Shown one piece after another: positions 26,194 to 38,356 of a DNA stretch of 64,000 nt. The notes under the pieces are model-generated. The model did not search any database. It was not told the DNA's origin and was given only the letters and a program-made list of their open reading frames with translations. The first letter of the stretch is position 1. Each line of letters starts with the position of its first letter. Origin of the DNA: Podarcis filfolensis (lineage: Eukaryota); the NCBI GenBank assembly GCA_964270895.1, contig OZ185441.1; one strand, written 5' to 3'. A program made the translations under genes and the position numbers.

Positions 26194-26936
26194 CTGCCCT
26201 AGGGAATCCCACAGAGGCCTAATTCTGAGGGAAGAAGAATGGACCCCTATCCGGCCATTACTGGAAGACACACAAATTAAATCCTACAGAATAAATAGAA
26301 TTTGTGTCTATTTATTGTGATCCCAGATGAGGTAAGTGATCTCATTACAGGAGAGGTGACCTAATTTCATTGGGCTATTCCAAAAAGCTCCTCAGAAACA
26401 TGTTGGCAATAGCTGAAAGACAATATTGCCTGAACATTTGCAAATCTGTGTTTCTGTGTTAATCGGCATCATGCAAGATATACCTGGAATGCCTCTCATT
26501 GACAACTGGTTTTGCATCGTGTCCAAGACACGGCATTTTTATATTAGATAAAGTTCTTTTTAAAAAACGCAGTAAAAAATATCCTCTGGTGGATACAAAA
26601 ATAACCTATTAGAAGAGACTACAGCCATGACACTATCCTGCAAGTTCTGGCAGAGGACTTCACACAACAATACCACAGTAAATGTGTAAAACTTTCCATA
26701 AGCAAGGGAGTGGGGAGGTGCTTGTAAGATAATAGTGATGGTGCAAGGCAAAGAAGGTGTGGTGAATCTTCAGAATGTTCCTCTAGTGTGACATAGACAA
26801 GGTAGGGGAAGAATTTTTCACAACTGCAAATAATTACACTTACAAAGCATGAGCAAACACATCCACTACAGACAATTCCACAGTTTCCCCATCTGTAGCA
26901 TATGTACATGTAATATGGCCATGGTATATAGGCTGT

Positions 26937-27421
26937 ATAGACATCACCTTGCCAACAAAGGTCCGTATAGTTAAAGGTATGGTTTTACCAGTAGTGATGT
27001 ATGGAAATAAGAGCTGGTCCATAAAGAAGGCTGATCGCTGAAGAATTGATGCTTTGAATTATGGTGCTGGAGGAGACTCTTGAGAGTCCCATGGACTGCA
27101 AGAAGATCAAACCTATCCATTCTTAAGGAAATCAGCCCTGAGTGCTCACTGGAAGGACAGATCGTGAAGCTGAGGTTCCAATACTTTGGCCACCTCATGA
27201 GAAGAGAAGACTCCCTGGGAAAGTCCCTGATTTTGGGAAAGATTGAGGGCACAAGGAGAAGGGGACGACAGAGGACGAGATGGTTGGACAGTGTTCTCAA
27301 AGCTACCAGCATGAGTTTGACCAAACTGCGGGAGGCAGTGGAGGACAGGAGGGCCTGGCGTGCTCTGGTCCATGGGGTCACAAAGAGTCGGACACAACTA
27401 AACGACTGAACAACAACAACA
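26937..27421 (+). mobile_element. Bov-B 3' fragment
   Basis: Highly similar to 8615-9133; (CAA)n tail; 11-bp TSD ATATAGGCTGT (26926-26936 and 27422-27432). Confidence 0.95.
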
Positions 27422-28437
27422 ATATAGGCTGTTCACTTGAGAAAGACCACTACAGCAATAACTGGGTTGTGGCAGCTATAGGGAACAGAACATAAACAAA
27501 CAAACAAAACTGGCATATGTTGGGTGTGGCTGACTGAAACCAGGCCAAAGTTCTCTGTGCCAAAATATCTGCTCTAGGAAGTTATCAGTTTCTGCAAAGG
27601 ATGCAATCTGCATTTTAACAACAACAGTGTTGCCCTCCCATTCCACACAGAATCAGGAGGCATCTGAATAATAATATAAAAACCAGGACATATTAGAGAG
27701 ACATTATTCATGTTTACATGCTTCCTCTGGTTTTAAGGTAAAGTTCACATCTCCAAACAGTGTTGGCATCCCATAAATGTCTCCCCGCCTTGGAAGACTG
27801 ACTCCAATTCTTCCCTAGCGAAGTGAGAGCCAATGTCCCAAACAGCTGCTCCTTAGATCTGACCTGGGCAAGGCAGTCTATTTAATCCAGAGATGGTATC
27901 TTTAGGAAGGAAGCTCCTTTACACATTGGCAGACAACTTTAGAGCACGCATAAATAAGACAGCCCAAAGGGCAAGTCAACTCTCTGTGCCTCTGAAGGGC
28001 AAAATGTGAAAAAGAGAATAAAAAGAAAGAAAAAGAAAAGCTGTTTAGGATATAGCTTTGAAGAGTTATCCCTGGAACTTTCAGAGCTGCATAAAATATT
28101 TTCCAAGATCACTGAATGCTCCAAAGGTCAGCAACTGATATACTTCTCAAATTATCAGATAAAATGCGCCCAAGTTAAGAGCAGTGTTAGTTTCAAGGGC
28201 TGTCAGGAATAACTTCATAATGCATAGTGATTGCCACAAAACCCTACATGCATTTAAAGCTCTACTGCATGGTGACCTTAAAATACTGAGAAACCTCAAG
28301 TATAAATGTTTGATATAAGTCTCCACCACCTGCTCTTTCAGCCTATAAGAATGTTGTTATTTAAGCAGCTCTGAAACCCATTTTCTATATAGAAACCTTG
28401 AAAAGTTGTACTGGGGGAGTAGATTTGAAGATAAATA

Positions 28438-28793
28438 AAGGTAAAGGTAAAGGGACCCCTGACCATTAGGTCCAGTCGTGGACGACTCTGGGGTTGCGGC
28501 GCTCATCTCACTTTACTGGCCAAGGGAGCCGGCGTATAATTTCCGGGTCATGTGGCCAGCATGACTAAGCCGCTTCTGGCGAACCACAGCAGCACACAGA
28601 AATGCTGTTTACCTTCCCGCCAGAGCGGTACCTATTTATCTACTTGCACTTTGATGTGCTTTTGAACTGCTGGGTGGGTAGGAGCAGGGACCCGGCAATG
28701 GGAGCTCACCCCGTCATGGGGATTTGAACCGCCAACCTTCTTATCAGCAAGCCCTAGGCTCTGTGGTTTCACCCACAGCACCACCCACATCCC
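28438..28793 (-). mobile_element. Sauria SINE, full length
   Basis: tRNA-like head with A and B boxes, Bov-B-like 3' end, (TTTACC)n tail; 13-bp TSD TTGAAGATAAATA (28425-28437 and 28796-28808). Confidence 0.95.
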
Positions 28794-29888
28794 TATTGAA
28801 GATAAATAGTGGTGAGCAATAGAAGGAAGGAAGGAAGGAAGGAAGGAAAAAATAAATATAGATCAGGTAAATATTGAAACAGACAGGAGAGAGTACTGTA
28901 AAACTTTGGAACAGTGCAATTTTAAAGTGTTCTACTAACTAATATCTCCCCAGGTTTGTTATCAAATTTGTTGCCCAACTTGTGTCTGTTTTGGCGAGGA
29001 TCTAGTTAGAAACTGAAACAAGCATCACTATTAATCTGGAGCAATTATGAGCGTTTTACAGAATCGACCTTCCCCAGGGCCCAGTATTTTTGCAAAGCTG
29101 CTGCTGCTGGCTGCAATCCAGAATTTCAGGTAGGCTATCCTATTTGTTGCAGCAAGGAAGAAGCACTGTGCAAGAACAAGCAAGCTTTCCCCAACACTGC
29201 AGAAAAACAGATACATCTTTCAAAACAAAAAAATTTTTTTCTGCCAGTAGCACCTTAAAGACCAACTAAGTTAGTTCTTGGTATGAGCTTTCGTGTGCAT
29301 GCACACTTCTTCAGATACACTGAAACAGAAGTACAGTAAATAAGAGTGGGACGAGATCAATGCATAGGTTTAAATGTTTCCCAATTAAAAGCTTTAATCT
29401 TGTCCAGCAAAACCCAGGCAAAATAGACTTTTTTTGGCAAGAGGATTCATAAGGATGGCTTTGTCTCAAGCTTTGTTGAAAACCTATGTATGCTTTCTTA
29501 GAAAACATCATATGGCACAGCTCTCTTAAAATACGCCACGAGAATCCAGGTGGCGAATAGCATGTTTGAATGTTCTCTCAAAAATCATAACATTAAGCAT
29601 GTATGTATGTATGTATGAACCTTGCAACTCAAGAGTTCTCATAGTCTTCAGCCTTGTCAACAATGTCTCATGATCCCTTGGTTGTTAGGTATGGCATCTG
29701 GGAGCTACGAGAGAGCAAAGTGCCCACTAGCAGTTTAAAAATAGAACGAAGAAGACACCATCTGCTAAAGGTGAGTGACCCCACAACAGTGGCAAATTTC
29801 AATGTGTAAACCTCCCTCCCCTGCCACAATGGGATAAACCTTCCCCTGCTTCACTGCTTATGAACAGGGCCACAAAATGCAGAGGGCC

Positions 29889-30407
29889 CTCTCTAGGTGT
29901 ACCCATTGTTTTGTCTCATCTTCTAGTATATATGGGATAATATGGCGTATTTGGTTGGCAATGTAATATGCTTCTATGTTGGGGATTCCCCATCCTCCTT
30001 CTGAGGTGGGGATGTGCAGGTATTTGGGGCTTATTCTTGGCCACCAACAGCATACAAATCAATATGGCCAACCTGATCCAAAACACCCACCCACCCCACT
30101 CACACACAAAAGCAAAGATCACCACAGCCAATCACAAACAAACAACCGCACCCTAGGCCAACCCCAACCTCTCTCACCACCAAAGAAACACAAATGAACA
30201 GCACGAGCAGCGCTGACACCAAACCCTACATACATTAAGCAAAATAGAAACATCGGCACCCGACCCCACCCCCACCCATCTTCCCCCCCCCCCACCCCTA
30301 ATGTCTCAACAAATGAAACTGATTTGTAAAAATGTTACATGGAAAAAATACGAGAGACATTACACATACTTCTTTAAGACAAGAAAATCTTTAATTAAAA
30401 AAAAATA
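29889..30407. mobile_element. L1 insertion: inverted ORF2 fragment (29889-30042, minus) plus forward ORF2 end, 3'UTR and poly(A)
   Basis: 15-bp TSD AAAATGCAGAGGGCC (29874-29888 and 30408-30422). A-rich tail preceded by ATTAAA. Minus frame 30040-29891 reads PRISPKYLHIPTSEGGWGIPNIEAYYIANQIRHIIPYILEDETKQWVHLE, matching the L1 post-RT motif PRI...P...GG(L/W)G(L/I)PN...YY.A.Q. Confidence 0.85.
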
Positions 30408-31879
30408 AAAATGCAGAGGGCCATTTTGGTCCAGCCAGTAGACCCACATTCAAATGCACGTCCACACCAGCAACAGATGTGCAAGAAGATGCTGACTGCC
30501 ATCTGCAGATATCCCTTGTTGGACCCTAGCAGCTCATACATACACCATTTATTCATCACATTAGCAGTTGCCTCTATTTGTCCTCTGCATTTGATTAGTA
30601 AAATATACACTGGTGCTTTAGGGATAGTGAGTTCTCCCAGGGAGAATGTCAGGGACAAGCCTAGAGACAAGTCTGATGACTGATAGTTTTCTATGATTTA
30701 GTGTGACCGCAAAGCGCCGACCTACCACTGTTATTAATGAAAATAAATAATTCGGGGCTGGATGGCCCATTGTGACAAGGCTCTCCATCAAAGCCTGGGA
30801 AACATTTTGAGAAACTAAAGAAATGTGATGATGCCCCCCCCCCAAAGCAAGATAGGCTGATTCTCTTTTCTAATGGCCCTTTGATGCTTCCACTTGCGTG
30901 TATTTATTTTATCATTGCCAAATAAGTAATCTCTCAATTCTGACCAATCCTTAGCATTTCTACGCTGGGGATCCCTTGACTTTTGTTGTGGGCACTTGGA
31001 ATATCTCTGTGGGTTACCAGAATGTGGATGAATAAAGCTCTTAACGAAATTCAGCCACATGAATAGGAGAAAGATGTTTTTAATGCCCAAAGCAGCCAAC
31101 TATTTTTATTTTTGGACACAAAGTGCATTGCTTTTGAGACAATTTTCATTGCTAAATAAAATCCCGCTTCCAGCCTGACTCTGTTCTTGGCCGCAGGTGT
31201 AAGAATCCCAAAACAGAGTGTAGGGAAGTTGAATTTCTCACCCACTCACAGCGACTGCTTTGTAACCACCATTGGTTCTGCTGTGGGTAAATTCCTTCCC
31301 AGACTCTGGGCAATACTGCTCTGTCATACAAAGAGCATTTTAGCCCAGGGGCAGACACACGCTTTGCATTCAAAAAAAAGTGCCTGGTTCTGTCTCTAAC
31401 ATTTCCAGCTTAAAGGACTAAGTGATGAAAAATAGGGCTGTGTAGCCAGTTTGGTCAAAGCTCAAGTACTGACCCAAATCTGCCTGATTTGGGTGTATCA
31501 GGGCTTCAGCCAGATCAGATTGAGACTACACAGGCTTGACCAACCAAGAGCAACCCACAGCATTTTAAAATCTGTCTCATGGCTTTCCCTCGTCACCAGC
31601 CACAAGTTTCCCAAAACACTACTTCCCCTGGTCATTCTGGCTTAGAGACAAAGTGGGTGGCTAACCAACCATAAGGATGGAAGGATCTGTCAATGTCACT
31701 TCTCTCCATTTCTCATCAACCCAATCTTAAATACAGCTCTCCACATTTTCCAGCAATTTATACCTATATCTATATAAATCCGCATGAAATTTCACCAGCA
31801 TTGTAATGTGAATGCCTCCAAATTTTAAATGCTGTTTTGAGTAATGCACACATTTCACAAGCAATTTCCTCTAATAGAA

Positions 31880-31918
<39 letters not shown>

Positions 31919-32103
31919 TTATACCCCGCCCATTTGGCTGGGTTTCCCCAGCCACTCTGGGCGGCTTCCAACAAAATATTAAAATACAATAGTCTGTTAA
32001 ACATTAAAAGCTTCCCTAAACAGGGCTGCCTTCAGATTTCTTCTAAAAGTCTGGTAGTTGTTTTTCTATTTGACATCTGGTGGGAGGGCGTTCCACAGGG
32101 CGG
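31880..32103 (-). mobile_element. L2 LINE 3' end with (ATT)n tail
   Basis: Reverse complement of the L2 tail seen at 55418-56255. Confidence 0.88.
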
Positions 32104-32249
32104 AAAAATAGACTTTTATATGTTCTTTTCAATAATATCTTCATTTTTATGCATGCTTGCTAAATGATGTTTGTTGGGGGGACTGTGAATTTCAAAGGAA
32201 AGATGTGTTTCAATTTTCATATTGTTTTGGAAAGTGTGAATCTGATATA

Positions 32250-32605
32250 AAGGTAAAGGTAAAGGGACCCCTGACCATTAGGTCCAGTCGTGGCCGACTC
32301 TGGGGTTGCGGCGCTCATCTTGCTTTATTGGCCGAGGGAGCCGGCGTACAGCTTCCGGGTCATGTGGCCAGCATGACCAAGCCGCTTCTGGCGAACCAGA
32401 GCAGTGTACGGAAATGCCGTTTACCTTTATGCAGGAGCGGTACCTATTTATCTACTTGCACTTTGACGTGCTTTCGAACTGCTAGGTTGGCAGGAGCAGG
32501 GACCGAGCAACAGGAGCTCACCCCATCGCAGGGATTCGAACCGCCGACCTTCTGATCGGCAAGTCCTAGGCTCTGTGGTTTAACCCACAGCACCACCCGC
32601 GTCCC
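32250..32605 (-). mobile_element. Sauria SINE, full length
   Basis: A and B boxes, tail, and 15-bp TSD TGTGAATCTGATATA (32235-32249 and 32607-32621). Confidence 0.95.
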
Positions 32606-33002
32606 TTGTGAATCTGATATATTCATCTTTAAATGCATAACGAATCTAATTTCTCCTCCATTCCTAGTTGGGTGACACTGAAAAGAGGTGCATTGAATAG
32701 CACCAACTAGCATCATCCAACATCTCTCTCGTTTTTGAGATGGAGAGGAGGCTATCATAACTGAATGAACTAAAGTCTGTGCATTAGGTTTTTTCTCTGT
32801 ACAAAATGATCAGAAAAGTGTTTCATGGACACTGCCAAGAAGAGATTTGGTTTATTGCCACATCTTAAATCTCAGTAATGCTTAGAAAAACTATAAATCT
32901 CAGCTGATATTGTAACTAAGGATTCTATCCCAGCAAGCACTGGTCGAACGTGGAGTTGGAGAATTTCTTACTGGATTCAGTTGCTTCCCATACAATTGTT
33001 CT

Positions 33003-33253
33003 GAACCAGGCAGAGGGCCTTCTCGGTAGTTGCTCCCACCCTGTGGAACGCCCTCCCATCGGATAAGGAAATAAACAACTATCTGACTTTTGTAAGACAT
33101 CTGAAGGCAGCCCTGTATCAATAAATTTTTAATGCCTAGTGTTTTACAAAAAAAAAAAAGTGCTATAAGCTGCCCAGAGTGGCTGGGGAAACCCAGTCAG
33201 ATGGGTGGAATATAAATAAAATATAACAATAATAATTTAATAATAATAATAAT
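33003..33253 (+). mobile_element. L2 LINE 3' end
   Basis: GCAGAGGGCCTTCTCGGTAG...CTGTGGAACGCCCTCCC...GCCCAGAGTGGCTGGGGAAACCCAG, AAT-rich tail. Confidence 0.88.
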
Positions 33254-34384
33254 TCAGAGGGTATTCAGGTTGGTTCATTTTGGGGTGGGGAGAAAAAGTG
33301 GGAAAAAGAGAAGGAGGGGGAGTCAGGTATCAGAAAAAAGTGAAAAGGGAATAGCAAAAGGAGAGAAAATGGATCACATCCACCCTGGGCATGTGATCTA
33401 CAACACCTTGCAACCGCAGAAATCCATACACAGATTTCTTACTCCTTTAGAAACCAACTACTCAGGGAAGAACATTGATGTTCAGAGTACCTTTTAATTG
33501 AAGGATAACTGCAAGGATAATTTCATGTGCAACTTCATGGTTAGTTCTGTTAGCCAACTAGCCAAGACTGGACAAGTGGAGGTATTGCTTAGCAACCAGC
33601 CAGAGCGGCATGATGTTTGTTAAGGTAGCACATGGTCTCACTGGCTATGTAGTACTGAGTGAGTTTTCCTCTGTATGTTTGATTGAATGCCTCCCTGCTG
33701 TCTACAAGGCCTGAAGTCAGAAAGATAAAGCCTCTACTTCTCCTCATATTATACAATGTTCTGTACAGTTTCTCTAGTAAAGCATTTTGGGATTTCTCTT
33801 CTCTCTGAACTCCATCTGCGTTACTTAAGTGGCTTTTCAGTTTGTTTGTTTATTGAAGAATTTATAAAGGAGCTGCCAACCAATGTTTCTGAAGTGGTGC
33901 TCAGTAAAGAGATCAGAAAACAGAACGTTTAAGAGAAATAAATACATACACAACAATTTGAGCGCAAATCTAAAATAAATAAATAAATAAATAAAACTCC
34001 ACAAATTCAGCATACATTATGAAATGGCCAAGTCACACTGCTCAGAAGGGCTTTTTTAAAAGATAAGTTGGACCATGGTTCTCTATGATATGGCACTTAT
34101 CATTCTTAGTTGCTAACTGATGGTTAGGACTGAGCTACACATGGAGCAAAACCAGGTGGGAATGAGATGGTAGAATGGATTGTACCACCTCAGACTGCGA
34201 GTGGGGATAACATTTTCAACAGCTGCTGTATGCAAAACAATGACAACCTGCTCATCTCCCTGCTTGCAGAAAGCAAGCACTGAAGGATAATGGCTCAGTT
34301 AGCACTTTTCACTGCATTGCCAGCTTGTACTTGGAGCTTGAGATGAAACCTGCCTTCCTCCATCTTTTTTCAGAGTAGCTTAAG

Positions 34385-34540
34385 ACAATCCCTCTTCCCA
34401 GGGAACTCCGGGAATCGTAGCACTGTGAAATTAACTCTCAGTACCCTTAACAAACTACAGTTCCCAGGATTCTTTGTGGGGAGTCATGAGTGTTTAAAGT
34501 GGCATGATACTGCTTTAAATGTATAGTTGCAGATGTGGCC
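34385..34540. mobile_element. Right half of a palindromic MITE (same family as 41083)
   Basis: AACAAACTACAGTTCCCAGGATTCTTTG...TTTAAATGTATAGTTGCAGATGTGGCC. Confidence 0.6.
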
Positions 34541-37500
34541 TGAGAAAGGCAATATATGAACAGGACAGAAACAAACAGGCAAGATAGGATCTTGAGAATG
34601 ACAACAGAAAAGACATTCTGTCTGCCTAAATTCAGGAAACGTCAACATTGTAAGGCTATCATATATGCTGAGCCATCATCTTCCATACACAACACCCTTA
34701 ACAGACTAAAGTCGTCTACAGTCAGAAAATAGGTACAACATGCGATCAGGCATCCCAAGCGTATATGGAGAGGTTTATGAAAACATATTCAAATTACTCA
34801 GTCATGAAAACTCTGCCACATGGTAAGAGGAACAGAGAACATTCCCCTGAATTATCTTCCAATCTGATTCATGGGAGATCGGCTTAACAGACCCATTTTT
34901 AATTTAGATTTGGGCTGATTACAGAAACAACCGCCAGTGGTTTCTCTTTAACAAGGTTATGCTTTTAACTGTTGGGTATTGAATGCCAAACACTTTTGCT
35001 AGAAACGGTTTTGAGAGAGTTTTTTTTTTAAAAAAAAATGCTGGCCGCATTATGCCGATGTGCAACTTCATCCACCTACAGCAATCTCAAGCATTGTGTT
35101 GAGAGAGGGCTAAATGGATACCATACATACATCTGCACAGTTGTGAAACTATTTGTACTTCTATTGGTACCATACATTCGCTCAGCATGGGAAAAAAATC
35201 CTGAATAGTTGCCAAGCTAAAAATGTCAGTTATTCTTTGACAATGTTTAAACACTGAAATTACAACCTAAGCATTTCAATGCTGCATGACAGCCAGTTAT
35301 TGCAAGGAATAAAAACCAGTAAGCAGTCTGTTTGACGCTGTTAGAACAAACATGGCAGATGCGCAGCCCAGGGTTAAATAACGAAGGAAGCTACCCTTGT
35401 TAAAACAAATCCTTCGAGGGAAAAGTGCTAAATAGGCTTCCCAAACCATCACCTTCTGGTAGTTTCGGCAAAAGAGCCCCTCATTGCTAAGCTGAGTCTT
35501 CCTCCAGCCAATCACTTCCGCACCAACCGTAAATATGCAAATGTCATTGGACAATGCAGAAACTCAGACAAGGCAATCCTCAGGAAGATTTAAACTGACA
35601 GTTCATTTTAAGAGGGGTTTAAAAATATTTATTTTGTTTCCCAAAATCTGCTGCCTTTCGCTTTTCGTTAAAGACAGACCAGGCTACATTTCTTCCAGAT
35701 TAGCTAAACTAAGACCCTCGCAATGTCAACTTCCTCGTTAAACAATGCATACTACAATCCTTTCTTACATTGCCAGTCTGCCTTCCAAAGTGTACAAGAC
35801 TGTGTTTGGGATATGTTCTAATAGAAGTAATATGTTCTGACGTGCTCTAATGCCGAACAGTTTTAATGAATGTGATACATTACAGGAAAGGCTCAGGAAC
35901 CCACATAGACACAAGCACTGTGAATATAAATATATATCTTCCCAGATTCTTAAAGCAGTTCTAATGCTGCACTTGGGTCATAGCCATGGGACTAGTAATA
36001 TTTCTCATTTACTCTGTCTGTGGCAATATATTGCTCAAACAGAAACTTATTTGAACAGACGGGATTTGGGGAGAGGGAATTAGGGGGCATAAACCTCAGC
36101 TTTGGAACTGTAATATAGTCTTTGCTATAAAAAAGGAGGAATTACAATATAAATGGCCCACATTGACACCAACAATGCAGCAAATGGATATTATAATGGA
36201 GCCCAATAGAAGTGAGTCGTTTGCACCACCACCTATAATGCTGGGAAGCAGGCTATTTTGTTTTGTGAAATAGTGACACAGAAAGAGATGTGACCTTTGT
36301 TTGTTTGCTGCTTTGAAAGGACCCATCAGGAAACCTTTTGCCTAATTTCAAAATTCCAATAACCACTGAAGGGTGCTCTCCCTAGACATACCACTTAGGT
36401 GATGAGTCAGCCAGTGGCTATCTTCTCTTAGAGCCTGGGGGCCAACTGCAATTCAGAAGTAGGCTTTTTTCCTCCCTTACTTCCCCCTCTCTCGCCCCCC
36501 CCCCTTGTGCAGATTGCAAATAAAACAGTGGGCTTAGTTCAGTCCCTAGTGGTCAAATGCAGAACACGGAACAACATCCTAGATGCCTTCTAGCAGAGCA
36601 GCTCTTTCCACAAGAGAAGCAATGACACGTGAACACAGAGGATTTGTGAATGCACACACTTCTCTCCTGCATAAGGTTTGCTCAAAGCCATGCTGAATAG
36701 AACAAGTGTTTATTATAAAAGTGTTCCTCTACTTTAAGTCTCCTCTCAATGAAGTTGGAGGCACAGGCTGAAATTCTACAAACCTTTAACTAGGAGGAAT
36801 TCCCAATGCATTGGATTAGTCTTATCTAATGCACTTGGAATTGTGATGCATGGAAGCCACTTGGGTTCCTCCCAAGCGTTCTTCAGGTTAAAATGCATCA
36901 TTAAACCAGTAAAACTGCAGTAGCAACACATTCATAAGTCTAAATGAGGCAGATCTTCTCCGGAAAGCTTTAAAGCTGCAATTCTATGCACCATTATGTA
37001 GGAGTAACTGAAAACAGTGGGTCTTACTACTGGGTCAAGGTGCATAGGATTGTAGTGCAGGATTGTGCTCATGAAATCCACCTGTCCAGGTGATTATCAC
37101 TGTTGCGATATAATGAACCACATTTAGTGACCATTTAGTATAATTAAGGAATGGATTGTGCATAGAATGTAGAAAGGCAGCCTCAGAATATTCAGGCACA
37201 GAGAATGGCCAAAAAGTTTTCAAATCACTAGTTAGGTGATTTATTGGGATGTGTGATTCAAAGCTGCTTTTCAGATGACAATCCAGTGTAAACAAAAACA
37301 GCAAACCCTTTACCTAGCCACAGTTCTACTAAGGTGCATGCATGTCTCATCTAAAACTTCCAGCATAATTCTTCTGACTAAGCACATTTATAACATTACT
37401 AACTTGTATCAACTTTTTCTTAGCTGAACCAAAATAAGGAAGGAGTCCAGTGGTTTATTGATGCGGCACAATGGAGTGAACGATTACTGTAATTACCCTT

Positions 37501-38059
37501 AAACCATTCATCAGTTATCCCCTGGAATAAATTTCAACTTGATATTGATATAAGATGCGAGCTGTTTTATTTTTATGAGGGTTAAAAAAGAAAAAACCTT
37601 TACAGTTCTCTTTATAGATCCATAATGCTTAATCTTTTACCTAACCAACTGGCAATACTTATTTCCACGAGCACCAAGATTATGCTTAAAATGTTGCATG
37701 CAGTTTATTTTTTAAGAGCCTGTTTTAGCTTGTCAACAGGTTAGCTGATCATAAGCTACCAGCACATGTTATAAAATGTATTCCTTCAGAAGTTCCTAAC
37801 GGATTATTATAAGCCTCAGCTTTTATGTTCGGAAACTAAAGAGATCAAATTTTTGTTTTGTTTTAGGATTGGGGGAAATCTTCAAGAAACATGCAGCAAG
37901 CTTTATTTGCTTTATTCCACAACAGAGAGGATGCTGTCACCGTTTTATCAGCAAGTACGCAATGTTCGCCCGGCCAATATAACATCTCAGTCAGAATAGC
38001 ATGTACAACTTGAGCAAGGTGTGCGAGGAATCGAAAAAAAAAATGGAGTGAGTGCTTAC

Positions 38060-38356
38060 CTTTTGCAGCCACTGAGTGTAGTTTTCCATCACATGCTCCA
38101 AGCGCTGCAGTTTCTGGGACGAGAAATCCTGCTCCATGTGGGGGGCATCCCTTTGGAGAGCGTTAGCGTTGTATTGGTCGGTGGTGCTTTCACGACAGTT
38201 CCCATCCTGTTCTGGAAGGATGAACGTGTAGGTGCACTGTCCATGCTGAATCCGGTTATATCTTCTGGCACTGGACTCTGGACCCCGACGTGGATTGTTG
38301 CAGCCTAGGTGAGTCAGAAGTGTAGCAAGGAAAGCAAGCTGAAGGAATATGGTCAT
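38060..38356 (-). CDS. ANGPT1: Angiopoietin-1, coding part of exon 1 (99 aa: signal peptide plus N-terminal clustering region and start of coiled coil)
   Basis: Translation MTIFLQLAFLATLLTHLGCNNPRRGPESSARRYNRIQHGQCTYTFILPEQDGNCRESTTDQYNANALQRDAPHMEQDFSSQKLQRLEHVMENYTQWLQK matches the known vertebrate ANGPT1 N-terminus. The ATG has good Kozak context (AAC ATG A). The exon ends at AAG|GTAAGC, a canonical phase-0 donor at the known exon 1 boundary. Confidence 0.98.

Larger units (their letters stand above)
1..38059 (-). other. ANGPT1: ANGPT1 intron 1 (partial; exon 2 not in window)
   Basis: Lies downstream of the GT donor at 38059. No minus-strand match to the expected exon 2 peptide (LENYIVENMKSEM...) was seen. 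A very long intron 1 is typical of ANGPT1. Confidence 0.85.

Noticed and set aside
36538-36556. CTCF-like TGACCACTAGGGAC on the minus strand
   Set aside because: Lacks the downstream GGCG part of the core motif.
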